Source: a virus
IMG/VR virus record: IMGVR_UViG_3300045988_138661
DNA length: 64,000 nt
Direction: 5' to 3' (one strand)
The notes below the pieces were generated by a model. The model had not been told where the DNA came from, searched no databases, and saw only the letters and a program-made list of their open reading frames with translations. The position numbers and the translations under genes were made by a program. Below are positions 36,582 to 47,512 of the stretch, in pieces (position 1 is the stretch's first letter; each line of letters opens with the position of its first letter).

Positions 36582-37595
36582 ATGCTTACTTTAATAATTG
36601 CTATACTGGCGTTTATTATTGGTGGATTTTTAATATATTTTATTTTACGTCCACGACTAAATAATGTTCAAAAGCTTAATGAAGAAATAGTAAAACAAAA
36701 CAAAGAGCTTGAATCTAAAAATTTAGATTTAAATGATTAGTATACAATATTATCAACGGCAGTAAAAAGTATTACTTCCAGAAAAGAAGAAGTAGAAAAT
36801 AATTTAAATATTCTTTAGTCCAAAAGAGACGAAGTTGAAAATAGTTTAAATTCTTTATAGAATCAAGCAAAGCAGTCAGCGGATATTTTCTATCAGCAAT
36901 CAATGGAAAATGCTCGTGTTCGCCTTGAATACGATTTAAATAAACAAGAATTTAAATATACAAAAGCTAAAGAAGAATATGAAAATGAATATCAATCAAC
37001 TCTTGTTGATTGTTCTTTAGAATTATCTAATTTAATTGATTCTAAAAAAGAAGAATTAAATAAATTAGATGAAGAAATTCAATTACATAGTAGAGAAGTC
37101 GCGGCCGCAGTTGATGCCGCGAAACGCGCTGAAGAAATTAAAAACCAAGCTGATTTTTATAAATTATAGTTGCCTCAAATAGATATTGATGAAATCAGTC
37201 TTCTTCGTTCTATCGAGCCAAAACTTCGTGATAAAGATATTTTAAATAAAGTAATTTGGAAAAGCTATTATGAAAAACCAACTACAGATTTAATTGGTCG
37301 AGTAATTGGCTCTGGAATCCATACGGGGATTTATAAAATTACTAATTTAGAAAATCAAATGTGTTATGTGGGACAAGCGGTTGATCTTTCTGCGCGCTGG
37401 AAACAACATATTAAACGCGGAATCGGCGCAGAGCCCGCCACGCGCAACAAACTTTATCCTGCTATGTTGGCTATTGGAGTAGAAAATTTTAGTTTTGAAG
37501 TAATAGAAGAATGCTCTCGCGAGGAATTAGATGTGCGAGAAGATTATTGGCAAGATTATTTTAAAGCTAAGGAATTTGGATATAGTATAAAATAA
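36582..37595 (+). CDS. membrane-anchored coiled-coil protein with C-terminal GIY-YIG nuclease domain (homing-endonuclease-like), 4 in-frame TAG codons
   Basis: Single frame: N-terminal TM helix MLTLIIAILAFIIGGFLIYFIL, coiled coil, then IYKITNLENQMCYVGQAVDLSARWKQHIKRG (GIY-YIG). TAGs near 36738, 36816, 36858 and 37167. Confidence 0.5.
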
Positions 37596-37653
37596 TGTAT
37601 AGAATAATTGATAAACGTGGGACAGGAAAAACGAGAAGTAATGAGGATTGATT

Positions 37654-38229
37654 ATGAAAAATAATAAAATCGTCAGTAATGTAAGAGTCTATGACTTGCC
37701 AGAAAGTATGGTTGCTTCTGGATATCCAATGAGAACGGATACCGAGCAACATCCAATTAATGATAAAGATATGACAAGATGTTAGAATCTTGTATCTGCC
37801 ACAAAAAGTGGTAATATGGCTCATGCCCAATTTTTAACTGGTATTAGAGTTAATTTTGATTTAACTTTTTCCAATAAGGCTTGGGTTGAAGCAGAAAGAT
37901 ATAGATTTCTTGAATTTGTATCTTCGCAATCCACAATGCATTGTATTACTAAATTTGATTTAAATGAACAATATAATGAATATGTTGATCCAAGAATCAT
38001 TGAGATAATGCGTGAGAAAGTTGATATTTATAATAAACTTTTAAGTATCATTGATAGAATTAAGCATTGTGAAACTGAAAATAAAAATGAAAAAATTAAA
38101 ATGCTTGAACAACTAGAAGAAATTAGAAAAGAGAAATATCTTGAAATTCTATACTCTAATCCTGCTGGATTTTTGCTTACCGCAAGATTAACTACTAATT
38201 ATAGATGTTTAAGAAACATATACATTTAG
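37654..38229 (+). CDS. hypothetical protein, weakly ThyX-like, 1 in-frame TAG
   Basis: Frame continuous from ATG 37654 through the TAG at 37780 into the ORF at 37816. KAWVEAERYRFLEFVSSQS only loosely resembles the ThyX RHR/S-x-x-x-S motif. Confidence 0.3.
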
Positions 38230-38323
38230 AGAAAAAACCATCGTCTTCCCGAATGGAGAGAATTTTGTAAATGGATTGAAACTCTTCCTTATGCGGAAGA
38301 ACTATTGGTAAATTAATCATAAC

Positions 38324-38352
38324 TTGATTTTTCTAAATAAATATTATATAAT
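38324..38352 (+). promoter_or_regulatory. conserved promoter copy
   Basis: TTGATT, 17 nt, TATAAT. Confidence 0.65.
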
Positions 38353-38390
38353 ATTTATATAAGATAAAGAAAGGTTATAAACTTTTTAAA

Positions 38391-38768
38391 ATGAGTAAGA
38401 AACAAGCATTTATTGATTATGTTGAAGAATTAATTGTTGCCACTAATGAAAACCGCTATCCAGTAGTAATGAGTGAAGATGCTCGTATCTATTGGGAAGC
38501 GCTAAAAGCTAAAGAAGAAACTGAAAAGCCTCTATTTACTGAGGGCGGAAAAGCCATTATTAAATGGATGCAAGATAATAATAAAGATATTCCTCTTGTT
38601 AAATCAAGAGAAATTGCCGAATATCTCGGCGTGTCTAGCCGTGGAGTTGCGGGTTCCATGCGCAAATTAGTATCTGATGGTTTCGTAGAAAAAGTTAGTC
38701 AAGATCCAATTATTTATACTTTAACAGAAAAAGGAAAAAATATTAATTTATTGAATTTATTTAATTAA
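38391..38768 (+). CDS. winged-helix DNA-binding protein
   Basis: 125-aa ORF. Confidence 0.4.
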   Translation: MSKKQAFIDYVEELIVATNENRYPVVMSEDARIYWEALKAKEETEKPLFTEGGKAIIKWMQDNNKDIPLVKSREIAEYLGVSSRGVAGSMRKLVSDGFVEKVSQDPIIYTLTEKGKNINLLNLFN

Positions 38769-38782
38769 GGAGAAATTTATTT

Positions 38783-39730
38783 ATGAAGAAAGTAATGGAA
38801 AATGCTACTCATATTGAAGGTATCTTGTACGAACATGCTTTGGAAAATAAGGTAACCGGACCAAATTCTAAAAATCCCGGCACTCCTTTTATTTCTGGTA
38901 CTATTAGTATTGCTACTGATAATGCTCTTACTAATATCGTCCAGGTTCACTTTACTTATGTAACTCAAACTACTACTAAGGGCACTCCTAATGCTACATA
39001 TAGTATTCTTCAGAATATTATTGATGGTACAATTGGTAACTATATGGCTGATGGAGAAGATAAAGCTGCTAAGCTTCGTGTTGATTCTGCGATTGGTCTT
39101 AATGAATTTTATTCTGATCGTAACGGCAAGGAAGAACTTGTAAGTACTAAGCGCAATGAGGGCGGATTTGTTCATACTACTACTACTCTTATTGATGATG
39201 AAAAGCAGCGCAATACTTTTAAGTGTGATATGATTATCACCAATGTGACTCACATTGATGCTGATGAAGAGCACAATATCCCTGAAAAGGTAATTGTTAA
39301 AGGAGCAATCTTTGATTTCCGCAAGTCTTTACTTCCTGTTGAGTTTACCGCTACTAATCCTGGAGCTATGGCTTATTATGAGGGTCTTGGAGCTTCTCCT
39401 TCTGAGCCTGTATTTACAAAGCTTTGGGGTCGTCAGGTATCTGAAGTAATTAAGCGTGAGATTCGTGAAGAGTCTGCATTCGGTGACGATAATGTTCGTG
39501 AGGTTCAGAGTACTCGTAAGGATTTTGTTATTACCGGTGGTGCTAAGGAACCTTATGTTTGGGATGATGAAAGTTCTATCACTGCGAAAGAGCTTACTGA
39601 AGCTATGGCCGCACGTGAGACTTATCTTGCTACTTTGAAACAGCGCCAAGATGAATATAAAGCTTCTAAACAGAATTCTACTACTGCTACTTCTGTAGCA
39701 TCCAACGCTACGGAAGGCTTTAAATTTTAA
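38783..39730 (+). CDS. putative ssDNA-binding protein (partner of the Sak4-like ATPase)
   Basis: 315 aa, no TAG, GC-richer, abundant-protein codon bias. The functional call is from context only. Confidence 0.3.
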   Translation: MKKVMENATHIEGILYEHALENKVTGPNSKNPGTPFISGTISIATDNALTNIVQVHFTYVTQTTTKGTPNATYSILQNIIDGTIGNYMADGEDKAAKLRVDSAIGLNEFYSDRNGKEELVSTKRNEGGFVHTTTTLIDDEKQRNTFKCDMIITNVTHIDADEEHNIPEKVIVKGAIFDFRKSLLPVEFTATNPGAMAYYEGLGASPSEPVFTKLWGRQVSEVIKREIREESAFGDDNVREVQSTRKDFVITGGAKEPYVWDDESSITAKELTEAMAARETYLATLKQRQDEYKASKQNSTTATSVASNATEGFKF

Positions 39731-39751
39731 TCATAAATTAGCCATTAAATA

Positions 39752-39780
39752 GCGATGACCTCCCAATAAGAGGTCATCGC
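39752..39780 (+). terminator. terminator-like hairpin
   Basis: GCGATGACCTC ccaataa GAGGTCATCGC. Confidence 0.5.
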
Positions 39781-39877
39781 GCTAAAGTTAATTTATATGA
39801 TGATTTTTGTAATATACTAAATTTAGAAAAAATACTTAAAGAGATAATAATTAAAACAAATAAGGAGAAATAATATA

Positions 39878-40873
39878 ATGGCTATTGATTTAACTAAAAT
39901 TCAACCTCATAAGGTAAGTAAAGATCTTTCTGGTTATATTACTTTTATTTATGGCAAGCCTAAGACAGGTAAGACTACTTTGGCTACTCAAATGCCAAAT
40001 TCTTTGCTTTTAGCTTTTGAGCAAGGTTATAACTGCCTTCCTGGTGTTATGGCCGCAGATATTACTTCTTGGGCAGAAATGAAGCAAGTCTATCGTGATT
40101 TGAAGCGTCCAGAAGTAAAAGCAATGTATAACGCTATTATTGTAGATACTATTGATGAAGCTGCTAAGTATTGTGAGAAATATATTTGTAATCAAAATCA
40201 AATTGAATCTCTTGGAGATCTTGGTTATGGTAAGGGCTGGTCTAAATTCAAAGATGAATTTAATGAAGTTTTTAGAGGTTTAACTCGTCTTGGATATGCC
40301 GTTTTCTTTATCGGACATGAAAAAGAACAAACTGTAACTCGTCCTGATGGTACTGAGGTTGTGGCAGTAAGACCAAATCTTTCTCAGTCTACTCGCACTA
40401 TTATCACCGGTATGGCTGATGTTTATGGATATGCGCATCAAAAAGCAGCAGGCCAAATGTCTGTTTTAACTCTTCGTTCTGGTAATGATCTTATTGACTG
40501 TGGCGGTCGTTTTAAGTATATTGAGAGCGAAATTCCTATGAATTATGATAGTCTTATTAATGCCATCCATGAGGCTATTGATAAGGAAGCTGCTGACAAT
40601 GGTGGTAAATTTGTCACTGATGAAAAGATGGTCATTGCTCCTGAAGCTCCTACTTATGATTATGAAGCACTTATGGCTGAATTCCAAAATCTTGCTGGAG
40701 ATATGATGAATAAGAACCCTGGATTCTTTGGTCCTCGTATAACTCAAATTATTGATAAATATTTGGGCAAAGGTAAGAAAATTTCTGATGCCACTCCCGA
40801 ACAGGCAGAATTTATATCTTTAATTGTTGGTGAAATTAAAGATGATCTTCTTCCTCAAATGGAAAATAAGTAA
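39878..40873 (+). CDS. Sak4-like RecA-fold ATPase (AAA_24 family, ssDNA annealing/recombination)
   Basis: ITFIYGKPKTGKTTLA is Walker A; the layout is that of the phage Sak4/AAA_24 family. Confidence 0.5.
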   Translation: MAIDLTKIQPHKVSKDLSGYITFIYGKPKTGKTTLATQMPNSLLLAFEQGYNCLPGVMAADITSWAEMKQVYRDLKRPEVKAMYNAIIVDTIDEAAKYCEKYICNQNQIESLGDLGYGKGWSKFKDEFNEVFRGLTRLGYAVFFIGHEKEQTVTRPDGTEVVAVRPNLSQSTRTIITGMADVYGYAHQKAAGQMSVLTLRSGNDLIDCGGRFKYIESEIPMNYDSLINAIHEAIDKEAADNGGKFVTDEKMVIAPEAPTYDYEALMAEFQNLAGDMMNKNPGFFGPRITQIIDKYLGKGKKISDATPEQAEFISLIVGEIKDDLLPQMENK

Positions 40874-40889
40874 ATAAATATATAAATCT

Positions 40890-40918
40890 AAACCGGAGCA
40901 GTAAAATTGTTCCGGTTT
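40890..40918 (+). terminator. terminator hairpin overlapping the next promoter
   Basis: AAACCGGA ... TCCGGTTT. Confidence 0.65.
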
Positions 40919-40945
40919 GACTTTTAATTAAAAATATTGTATAAT
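40917..40945 (+). promoter_or_regulatory. promoter (TTGACT, TGnTATAAT)
   Basis: TTGACT, 17 nt, TGTATAAT. Confidence 0.6.
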
Positions 40946-40977
40946 ATTTATATAAGTAATGGAAAGGAGTAATTTAT

Positions 40978-41523
40978 ATACATAAAGTCAAATGTGTTTA
41001 TTGTCAACAAATGTTTGACAGAGATAAGTATCCATATGTTCAAGTAAAATCTCGAAGATATGCTCATCCTGAATGTGCTAAATAGGCTGAGAATAATGAA
41101 GACACTCCTTTACAAGTTCATAATCCGCCCGAAAAAGTAAAAACAAAAGAAGATTTAGATAAAGAAAAATTTGAAGAATATGTAAAAAATTTATTAGGAG
41201 AATCATATATTAATGCTCGCGTCCGCAAGCAAATGAATGATTATATCAGAGAATATCAATATACATATTCTGGAATGTTAAAAGCCTTAGTTTATTTTTA
41301 TGAAGTTAAAGGAAATAATAAAAATAAAGCTAATGGTGGAATTGGTATTATACCTTTTATTTATAAAGACGCTTACAATTATTATTATAATCTTTGGATG
41401 ATTCAACAATCCAATAAAGATAAAAATGTTATTGATTACGTTCCTAAATTAAAGGAAATAAAAATTCCTATTCCTAAAAAAGAACCTCGAAAAAGATCAG
41501 TTTTTACATTTTTAGATGAATAG
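40978..41523 (+). CDS. zinc-finger hypothetical protein with a non-ATG start (ATA/ATT) and 1 in-frame TAG
   Basis: Stop-free frame from 40960 (after the TAA at 40957) to the TAG/TAA at 41523. No ATG before the conserved CVYCQQ...HPEC; RBS AAAGGAG 8 nt before ATA 40978. Confidence 0.35.
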
Positions 41524-41533
41524 GAGGAGTTAA

Positions 41534-43066
41534 ATGCCGAGTAAATATGTAGATCCGACAGCGATCACGCAAGTTATAGGGTGTGTATATAATACTCCTT
41601 AGCTTTTGGATTTTACTGATAGATATACAATAACTGATGAAGATTTTGTCGATGAATTTCATAGAATTGTTTTTGGAGCAATATATAAAATTCATGAATT
41701 AGGAGCTTAGAAAATTACTTTAGAAAATATTAGTGATTTTCTTTCTTCTCGACCTAAATATGAAGCTACATTTAAAGTCAATAAAGGCGAAGAGTGGTTA
41801 TTAAAAGTTTCTGAAAATGCGAAACCTTTATCATTTGATTATTATTATGGTCGTTTAAAAAAAATGTCTCTACTTCGTGCTTATGACAGATATGGTATTG
41901 ATGTTTCTTTTATTTATGATCCTGATAATATTTTAGATACTGAAAAAAAACAATTACAAGAAGATAATCTTGATAATTCTTCATTAGAGCATATCGCACA
42001 ACTAATTGATGACCGCATAGAACAAATTAAATATGAGTATGTAAATGACGTTGAAGGAGTTGCAGTTCAAGCGGGTGATGGAATTTTTGAATTACTTGAC
42101 GATTTAGAGCAACATCCAATAGCAGGAAGTCCTCTGTATGGGCCATTAATTAATACAGTTACTCGTGGAGCAAGACTTAAAAAGTTTTATTTGCGCTCCG
42201 CGGCTACCGGCGTAGGTAAAACTCGTTCTATGATTGCGGATTCGTGTTATATTGCTTGTAATAAAATATATGATGATACTTTTGGAAGTTGGATCAAAAA
42301 TGGAATCCAAGAACCAGTATTGTATATAACTACAGAGCAAGATAAAAATGAAATTCAAACAATGATGCTTGCTTTTCTTTCTAATGTGAATGAAGAACAT
42401 ATTATTTATAATGAATATCAAGGAAATGAAAAAGAACGAGTAATAGAAGCTGCGAAAATTCTTAAAGATAGTCCATTGTATATTCGTGAATTACCTGATT
42501 TTTCATTACAAGATGTCGAAAATGAAATCAAAAAAGGCATTCGCGATCATGATGTAAAATATATATTTCATGACTATATTCATACAAGTATGAAAATTCT
42601 TGAAGAAATTACTCGTCGTAGTGGTGGAGTAAAACTTCGTGAAGATAATATACTTTTTATGCTATCTAATAAATTAAAGGATATCTGTAATCAATATGGT
42701 GTTTTTATTATGTCAGCAACACAGTTAAATGGTGATTATGTTGATTCTAAAACCCCTGATCAGAATCTTTTGCGTGGAGCAAAATCCATTGCTGATAAAG
42801 TAGATTATGGATCAATTCTTTTAAATGTCCAAGATGATGATTTAATTTCATTGGAAAAAATACTAAACACAAAATTATTTGATACTCCAACTATTAAAAT
42901 GTCTATTTATAAAAATAGACGTGGCAGGTATAAAGGAGTTATTTTATGGTGTAAAGCAGATTTAGGAACTTGTAGAATTATTCCTATGTTTTGTACTACA
43001 TATGCTTATGAACTTGTTCCTATTGATGATATAAAAATTACTCTTGAAGAAGAGTCAGCTTTTTAA
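41534..43066 (+). CDS. DnaB-like replicative DNA helicase with 2 in-frame TAG codons
   Basis: One frame: DnaB N-terminal-domain-like region, then a RecA-like domain with Walker A AATGVGKT. TAGs at 41600 and 41708. Confidence 0.7.
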
Positions 43067-43083
43067 AATTAAGGAGAAAAATT

Positions 43084-43266
43084 ATGAAGAGTGGTAATGT
43101 TGAATACAAGATGAGCAATAGAATGGCTAAGGAGATTATTCGTTCTTATAAAGCCATTCCTAGTCTTGCTAAGCTTCGTCCGCAGGAAATGCTTGTCCAT
43201 TATGTTAATGAACAGTGTGGACTTATGAGAAATTGTTCTAAAGTAATTACTTATGATAGTATTTGA
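43084..43266 (+). CDS. small hypothetical protein
   Basis: 60-aa ORF with RBS AAGGAG. Confidence 0.35.
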   Translation: MKSGNVEYKMSNRMAKEIIRSYKAIPSLAKLRPQEMLVHYVNEQCGLMRNCSKVITYDSI

Positions 43267-44356
43267 TAAATCAGAAATTCGTCAAGCTCTTGTGCTTGAA
43301 AATATTTATGATTTATTAATTGAATGGGGCGGAGATCCTGAATATACAGAATTCGGGATTCTCTCTTCCACCATTTGTCATAATCCTCCTGGAGAAGGTA
43401 GCAGAAAACTTTATTTTTATGAAAATACAGGATTATTTAAGTGCTACACAGGATGTGATTCAACTTTTGATATTTTTGAATTATGTTCTAAAGTAATGAA
43501 AATTCAATATGATGAAGAATTTGATTTAAATGATTCAGTTTTATGGGTTGCTCGTCGTTTTGGTTTATCAGGTATGATAAAAGATGACGACATGGGTAAA
43601 ACTTTAGATGATTGGAAAATTTTATCAAATTATTCTCGTATTCAAGAGATTGAATTAAAAAATAATAAAATTATTTTAAAAGATTATGATGATTCTATTT
43701 TAAATAGATTAAATTATAATATTAAAATAATTCCTTGGCTTGATGAGGGAATTTCTCAAGAAGTAATTAATAAAGCGCGTATTGGTTTTTATCCAGGAGC
43801 AGATCAAATTACAATTCCGCATTATGATATTAGTGGAAGATTTGTGGGCTTGCGCGGACGCACTATGTGCAAAGATGAGGCAGAGCTATATGGGAAATAT
43901 AGACCAATGAAAATAAATAATCAATTATATAATCACCCTCTTGGAATGAACTTATATGGATTAAATTGGTCTAAAAATGCCATTGGCATAATGAAAAAAG
44001 CAATAATTTTTGAAAGTGAAAAATCAGTATTGAAATATGCTACTGATTTCGGTTGGAATAACAATATATCAGTAGCTTGTTGCGGAAGTAATGTTTCTTC
44101 GCATCAAATTCAATTATTATTAGATAGTGGTGCACAAGAAATTATAATTGCTTTTGATAGACAATTCCAAGAAATTGGAGACGCGGAATTCCAACATCTA
44201 AAATTAAATCTTTTAAAAATTAGAACTAAATTTAAAAATGATGTACTCATATCTTTTATTTTTGATAAAAATATGATTACAAAATACAAAGATTCACCAA
44301 TTGATGAAGGAAAAGAAAAATTTTTACAATTATATAAGGAAAGGATATTTATATGA
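43253..44356 (+). CDS. DNA primase (zinc-binding plus TOPRIM-like)
   Basis: CHNPPGEGSRKLYFYENTGLFKCYTGCD (zinc finger); a TOPRIM-like acidic region follows. Confidence 0.5.
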   Translation: MIVFDKSEIRQALVLENIYDLLIEWGGDPEYTEFGILSSTICHNPPGEGSRKLYFYENTGLFKCYTGCDSTFDIFELCSKVMKIQYDEEFDLNDSVLWVARRFGLSGMIKDDDMGKTLDDWKILSNYSRIQEIELKNNKIILKDYDDSILNRLNYNIKIIPWLDEGISQEVINKARIGFYPGADQITIPHYDISGRFVGLRGRTMCKDEAELYGKYRPMKINNQLYNHPLGMNLYGLNWSKNAIGIMKKAIIFESEKSVLKYATDFGWNNNISVACCGSNVSSHQIQLLLDSGAQEIIIAFDRQFQEIGDAEFQHLKLNLLKIRTKFKNDVLISFIFDKNMITKYKDSPIDEGKEKFLQLYKERIFI

Positions 44357-44420
44357 ATGATCCTATCTCTGTAAATGATACAATTATTTCACTGAGTGCG
44401 CAGATGGGAGAGAGTGGTTT

Positions 44421-44738
44421 ATGACAGGTATTGTTTGGTGTAATACTTTCATTGAAGGGGCTGAACAATTAGAAAGAATTGAAGAACAATATAAAGCAAT
44501 GGGCATAAAACCAATAGAAAAAAATAAATCTATCAATCGTTATTCTATAGTTTTTGAAAATGAAGATTATTGGAGAGTAGTTATTTCTACTGGAAATGCC
44601 AGAGGTTACAAGTGTAATATTTCTTATATTTCTCGTCAAATTCCTCTTTCAGTTATTAAAATTATTATTTTTCCATGCACAAGAGCCCTTCCTTATACTG
44701 CTTATCATTACTATGGTGATCCAGTAGAAAAGGACTGA
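44421..44738 (+). CDS. hypothetical protein
   Basis: 105-aa ORF. Confidence 0.35.
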   Translation: MTGIVWCNTFIEGAEQLERIEEQYKAMGIKPIEKNKSINRYSIVFENEDYWRVVISTGNARGYKCNISYISRQIPLSVIKIIIFPCTRALPYTAYHYYGDPVEKD

Positions 44739-44807
44739 TATGAATAAGTAAATTATAGAAATTCTTAAATAATAGTGGTGGTATTATGAAAGGAGGTTGA
44801 ATAGCCT

Positions 44808-46436
44808 ATGGACTATCAACTAAAAGCCCCTCGCATCCCGCAGTATTCAGCGGTCGAACAGGTGCTAACCAATAGAGGAATTAAATTACAAGATATTCCT
44901 CATTATCTTAATACCACTGATGACGACATTATAGAACCAGCGACTATTGATAGAATAGAAAATGGTGCAAAAATGCTCGTCAAACATATTGCACAAAATG
45001 ACAAAGTTCTTATATAGGTAGATAGTGATTGTGATGGTTATACTTCGGCGGCCGCACTCATGAATTACTTATACTGTCTTTTTCCTGCGTTTGTGCAAAA
45101 CAATATTTTTTATCGTGTCCATGCAGGAAAACAACACGGAATTATACCAGATAGTATTGATAAAGATATTAAATTAGTAATTGCTCCAGATTCTTCATCA
45201 AATGATTATTTAGAACATGAATATTTATATAAAAATGGTATTGACGTGTTGGTAATAGACCACCATGAAGCTGATAAAATATCATAGTATGCTTGTATTA
45301 TTAACAATCAATTATGTGATTATCCGACCAAATCTTTATCTGGTGTAGGAATGGTTTATAAGTTTTGTTGTTATATTGATGAACTTATGAATGTTCAGTA
45401 TGCGGATCATATATTGGATTTAGTTGCTCTTGGAATGGTGGCCGACATGATGGATATGCGTGATTTTGAAACAAAATATTTAATTAATAAAGGCTTACAA
45501 CAAATCACCAATCCTTACTTCAGAGGCATAATCAATAGAGATTAGTTTCATTTTAATAATGAGATTACGCCTATTGGAGTAGCTTTCTATATTGCTCCTT
45601 TAGTTAATGCAACTACTCGTGTTGGGACGCAAGAAGAAAAGCTCATGCTATTCGAGTCAATGCTTGATTTTAAGGGATACGAACTTGTCCCTTCAACAAA
45701 ACGTGGATGTAAAGGTCAAGCAGAAACAAGAGTAGAACAAGCTTGTCGTAATTGTACTAATATCAAGAATAGGCAAACTAAAATCAGAGACACTAGCTTG
45801 GAAAAAATTGAATAGATAATCGTAAATCAAAATCTTTTAAGTAATAAAATCTTAGGAATTAAGTTAGATGGATTTGCTGCTGATAAAAATTTGACTGGGC
45901 TAATGGCCAATCAATTAATGAGCAAATATCAACGTCCTGTTTTAATTCTTAATAAAACAGTAGATGAAGAAACTCAACAAATTTGTTGGGAAGGCTCCGG
46001 CAGAGGATACGACAAATCCGCACTTAAAGACTTTAGAGAATTTTGTCAAAAATCAAATCTAATTATGTATGCGGAGGGACATCCTAACGCTTTTGGATTT
46101 GGTATTATTGATGATAATTTTGATAAATTTATTGAATATGCGAATTCTGCTTTACAAGATTTTGATTTCACCCCAATTTATAGTGTTGATTTTATTTATC
46201 ACACTAATGATTTAGTTGGAAAAGATATTATTGATATCGCTCAACTTAAACCACTTTGGGGCCAAGGGGTAGAAGAAGCATCTATTGCCGTTGAAGGAAT
46301 AAAAGTTGCATCAAATAACTTAACTTTAATGTCAAAAGATAAAAATCCTACCTTGAAGATAACTATGCCAGATGGCATCAGTTTAATCAAGTTTAAGTCG
46401 TCCGAGGAGGAATACGAGAAATTGTATTCTGAATAG
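44808..46436 (+). CDS. RecJ-like DHH-family phosphoesterase/exonuclease with 4 in-frame TAG codons
   Basis: Four ORF-track pieces (44808, 45060, 45351, 45891) share one frame and are joined only by TAGs at 45016, 45286, 45543 and 45813. DHH motifs VDSDCDGYTS, LVIDHH, GH..AFG are present. Confidence 0.7.
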
Positions 46437-46558
46437 GGTTATGTGACAATTAATATCGTTGGTAAATGCGAACGAAATATATGGAATAATAATATTAGTC
46501 CTTAGATTATTATAGAAGATTACGAAATTGTAGATAGGGCTGCTTATTATTTTTAATA

Positions 46559-46587
46559 ATTGACACTACGACTAATAGACTTAAAAA
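46559..46587 (+). promoter_or_regulatory. possible weaker promoter (TTGACA with a poor -10)
   Basis: TTGACACTACGACTAATAGAC... Confidence 0.3.
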
Positions 46588-46609
46588 ACCTATTAGGAGG
46601 AAATCATTT

Positions 46610-47449
46610 ATGAAAAGATATAAGATTTTAGCAGGAAGTATTATTTGTTTTGTATTAATTTTTATTTTACAAACATCAGCTCTTGCTTTAAATTATAGCG
46701 AAATCACTACTTTTTCGGAAGCTTACATCCCTTCTGAACCGTCAACTGTATATAATTTTTTACCAGAAGAAACTATTAATATGGAACCTATGGATAGAGA
46801 AATTAATGATACAGTTAATCGTAAAGAGCTTAAATCTCTAATTCAAGAGTATCAAGAGATTGTAAATAGTGCTCATGACTTAGCCGAAGCAACAAGAGCA
46901 TTAGGGTATGATGAAAATCATCCTATTATTGAATTTGCTAAAAAAGAATATGAAACTGCTAATGAATATTTGGAAATTTATCAGAATCGTTTAGATAAAA
47001 TTAATTCTCAATGGAATGATAAATTATCTACTTATCCAGTAGCAACAGAAATTTGGCTTTATATGAAAGACCAAGGATGGAATGACGCGGTTTGCGCAGG
47101 TATTTTGGGTAATATGATGGCAGAATGCGGCGGTCATACTTTATCTTTACAGCCAACTGCCTCTAACAAATATTATTATGGAATTTGTCAATGGAGTAAA
47201 GGGTATTCAAGTGTTTGGTATTCTGATTTAGACACACAATGCGAATTCTTAATAAATACTATTGAATACGAATTTAATACTTTTGGTTCTTCATATAAAA
47301 GAGGATTTAATTTTAATTCTTTTTTAAATTTAAATGATGAAAAAGAAGTTGCTAAAGCTTTTGCAAAATGTTACGAGCGTTGTGGATCAAGTTCTTTAAA
47401 TCAAAGACAAAAGAATGCGACCACTGCTTATAATTATTTTACTAATTAA
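46610..47449 (+). CDS. secreted lysozyme-like protein (phage tail lysozyme domain)
   Basis: Signal-peptide-like N-terminus; GILGNMMAECGG...GICQWS is a lysozyme-like motif. Confidence 0.5.
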   Translation: MKRYKILAGSIICFVLIFILQTSALALNYSEITTFSEAYIPSEPSTVYNFLPEETINMEPMDREINDTVNRKELKSLIQEYQEIVNSAHDLAEATRALGYDENHPIIEFAKKEYETANEYLEIYQNRLDKINSQWNDKLSTYPVATEIWLYMKDQGWNDAVCAGILGNMMAECGGHTLSLQPTASNKYYYGICQWSKGYSSVWYSDLDTQCEFLINTIEYEFNTFGSSYKRGFNFNSFLNLNDEKEVAKAFAKCYERCGSSSLNQRQKNATTAYNYFTN

Positions 47450-47455
47450 TTTTAC

Positions 47456-47487
47456 GGCTATATGAAGATTTATTTCTTCATATAGCC
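47456..47487 (+). terminator. terminator hairpin
   Basis: GGCTATATGAAGA tttattt CTTCATATAGCC. Confidence 0.7.
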
Positions 47488-47512
47488 ATTATTTTTATTT
47501 ATGGAGTAAATT

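Noticed and set aside
43084-43266. Programmed frameshift fusing the 43084 ORF to the primase
   Set aside because: The primase has its own ATG at 43253 in a different frame, and no slippery heptamer was seen at the overlap. The simple overlap of two genes is more parsimonious.
6310-46436. Interpreting TAG-interrupted genes (MTase, DUF262, endolysin, RecJ, DnaB, NrdD and others) as pseudogenes or split genes
   Set aside because: Only TAG ever interrupts them, never TAA or TGA. Frames are perfectly maintained, and conserved motifs continue downstream of every TAG.
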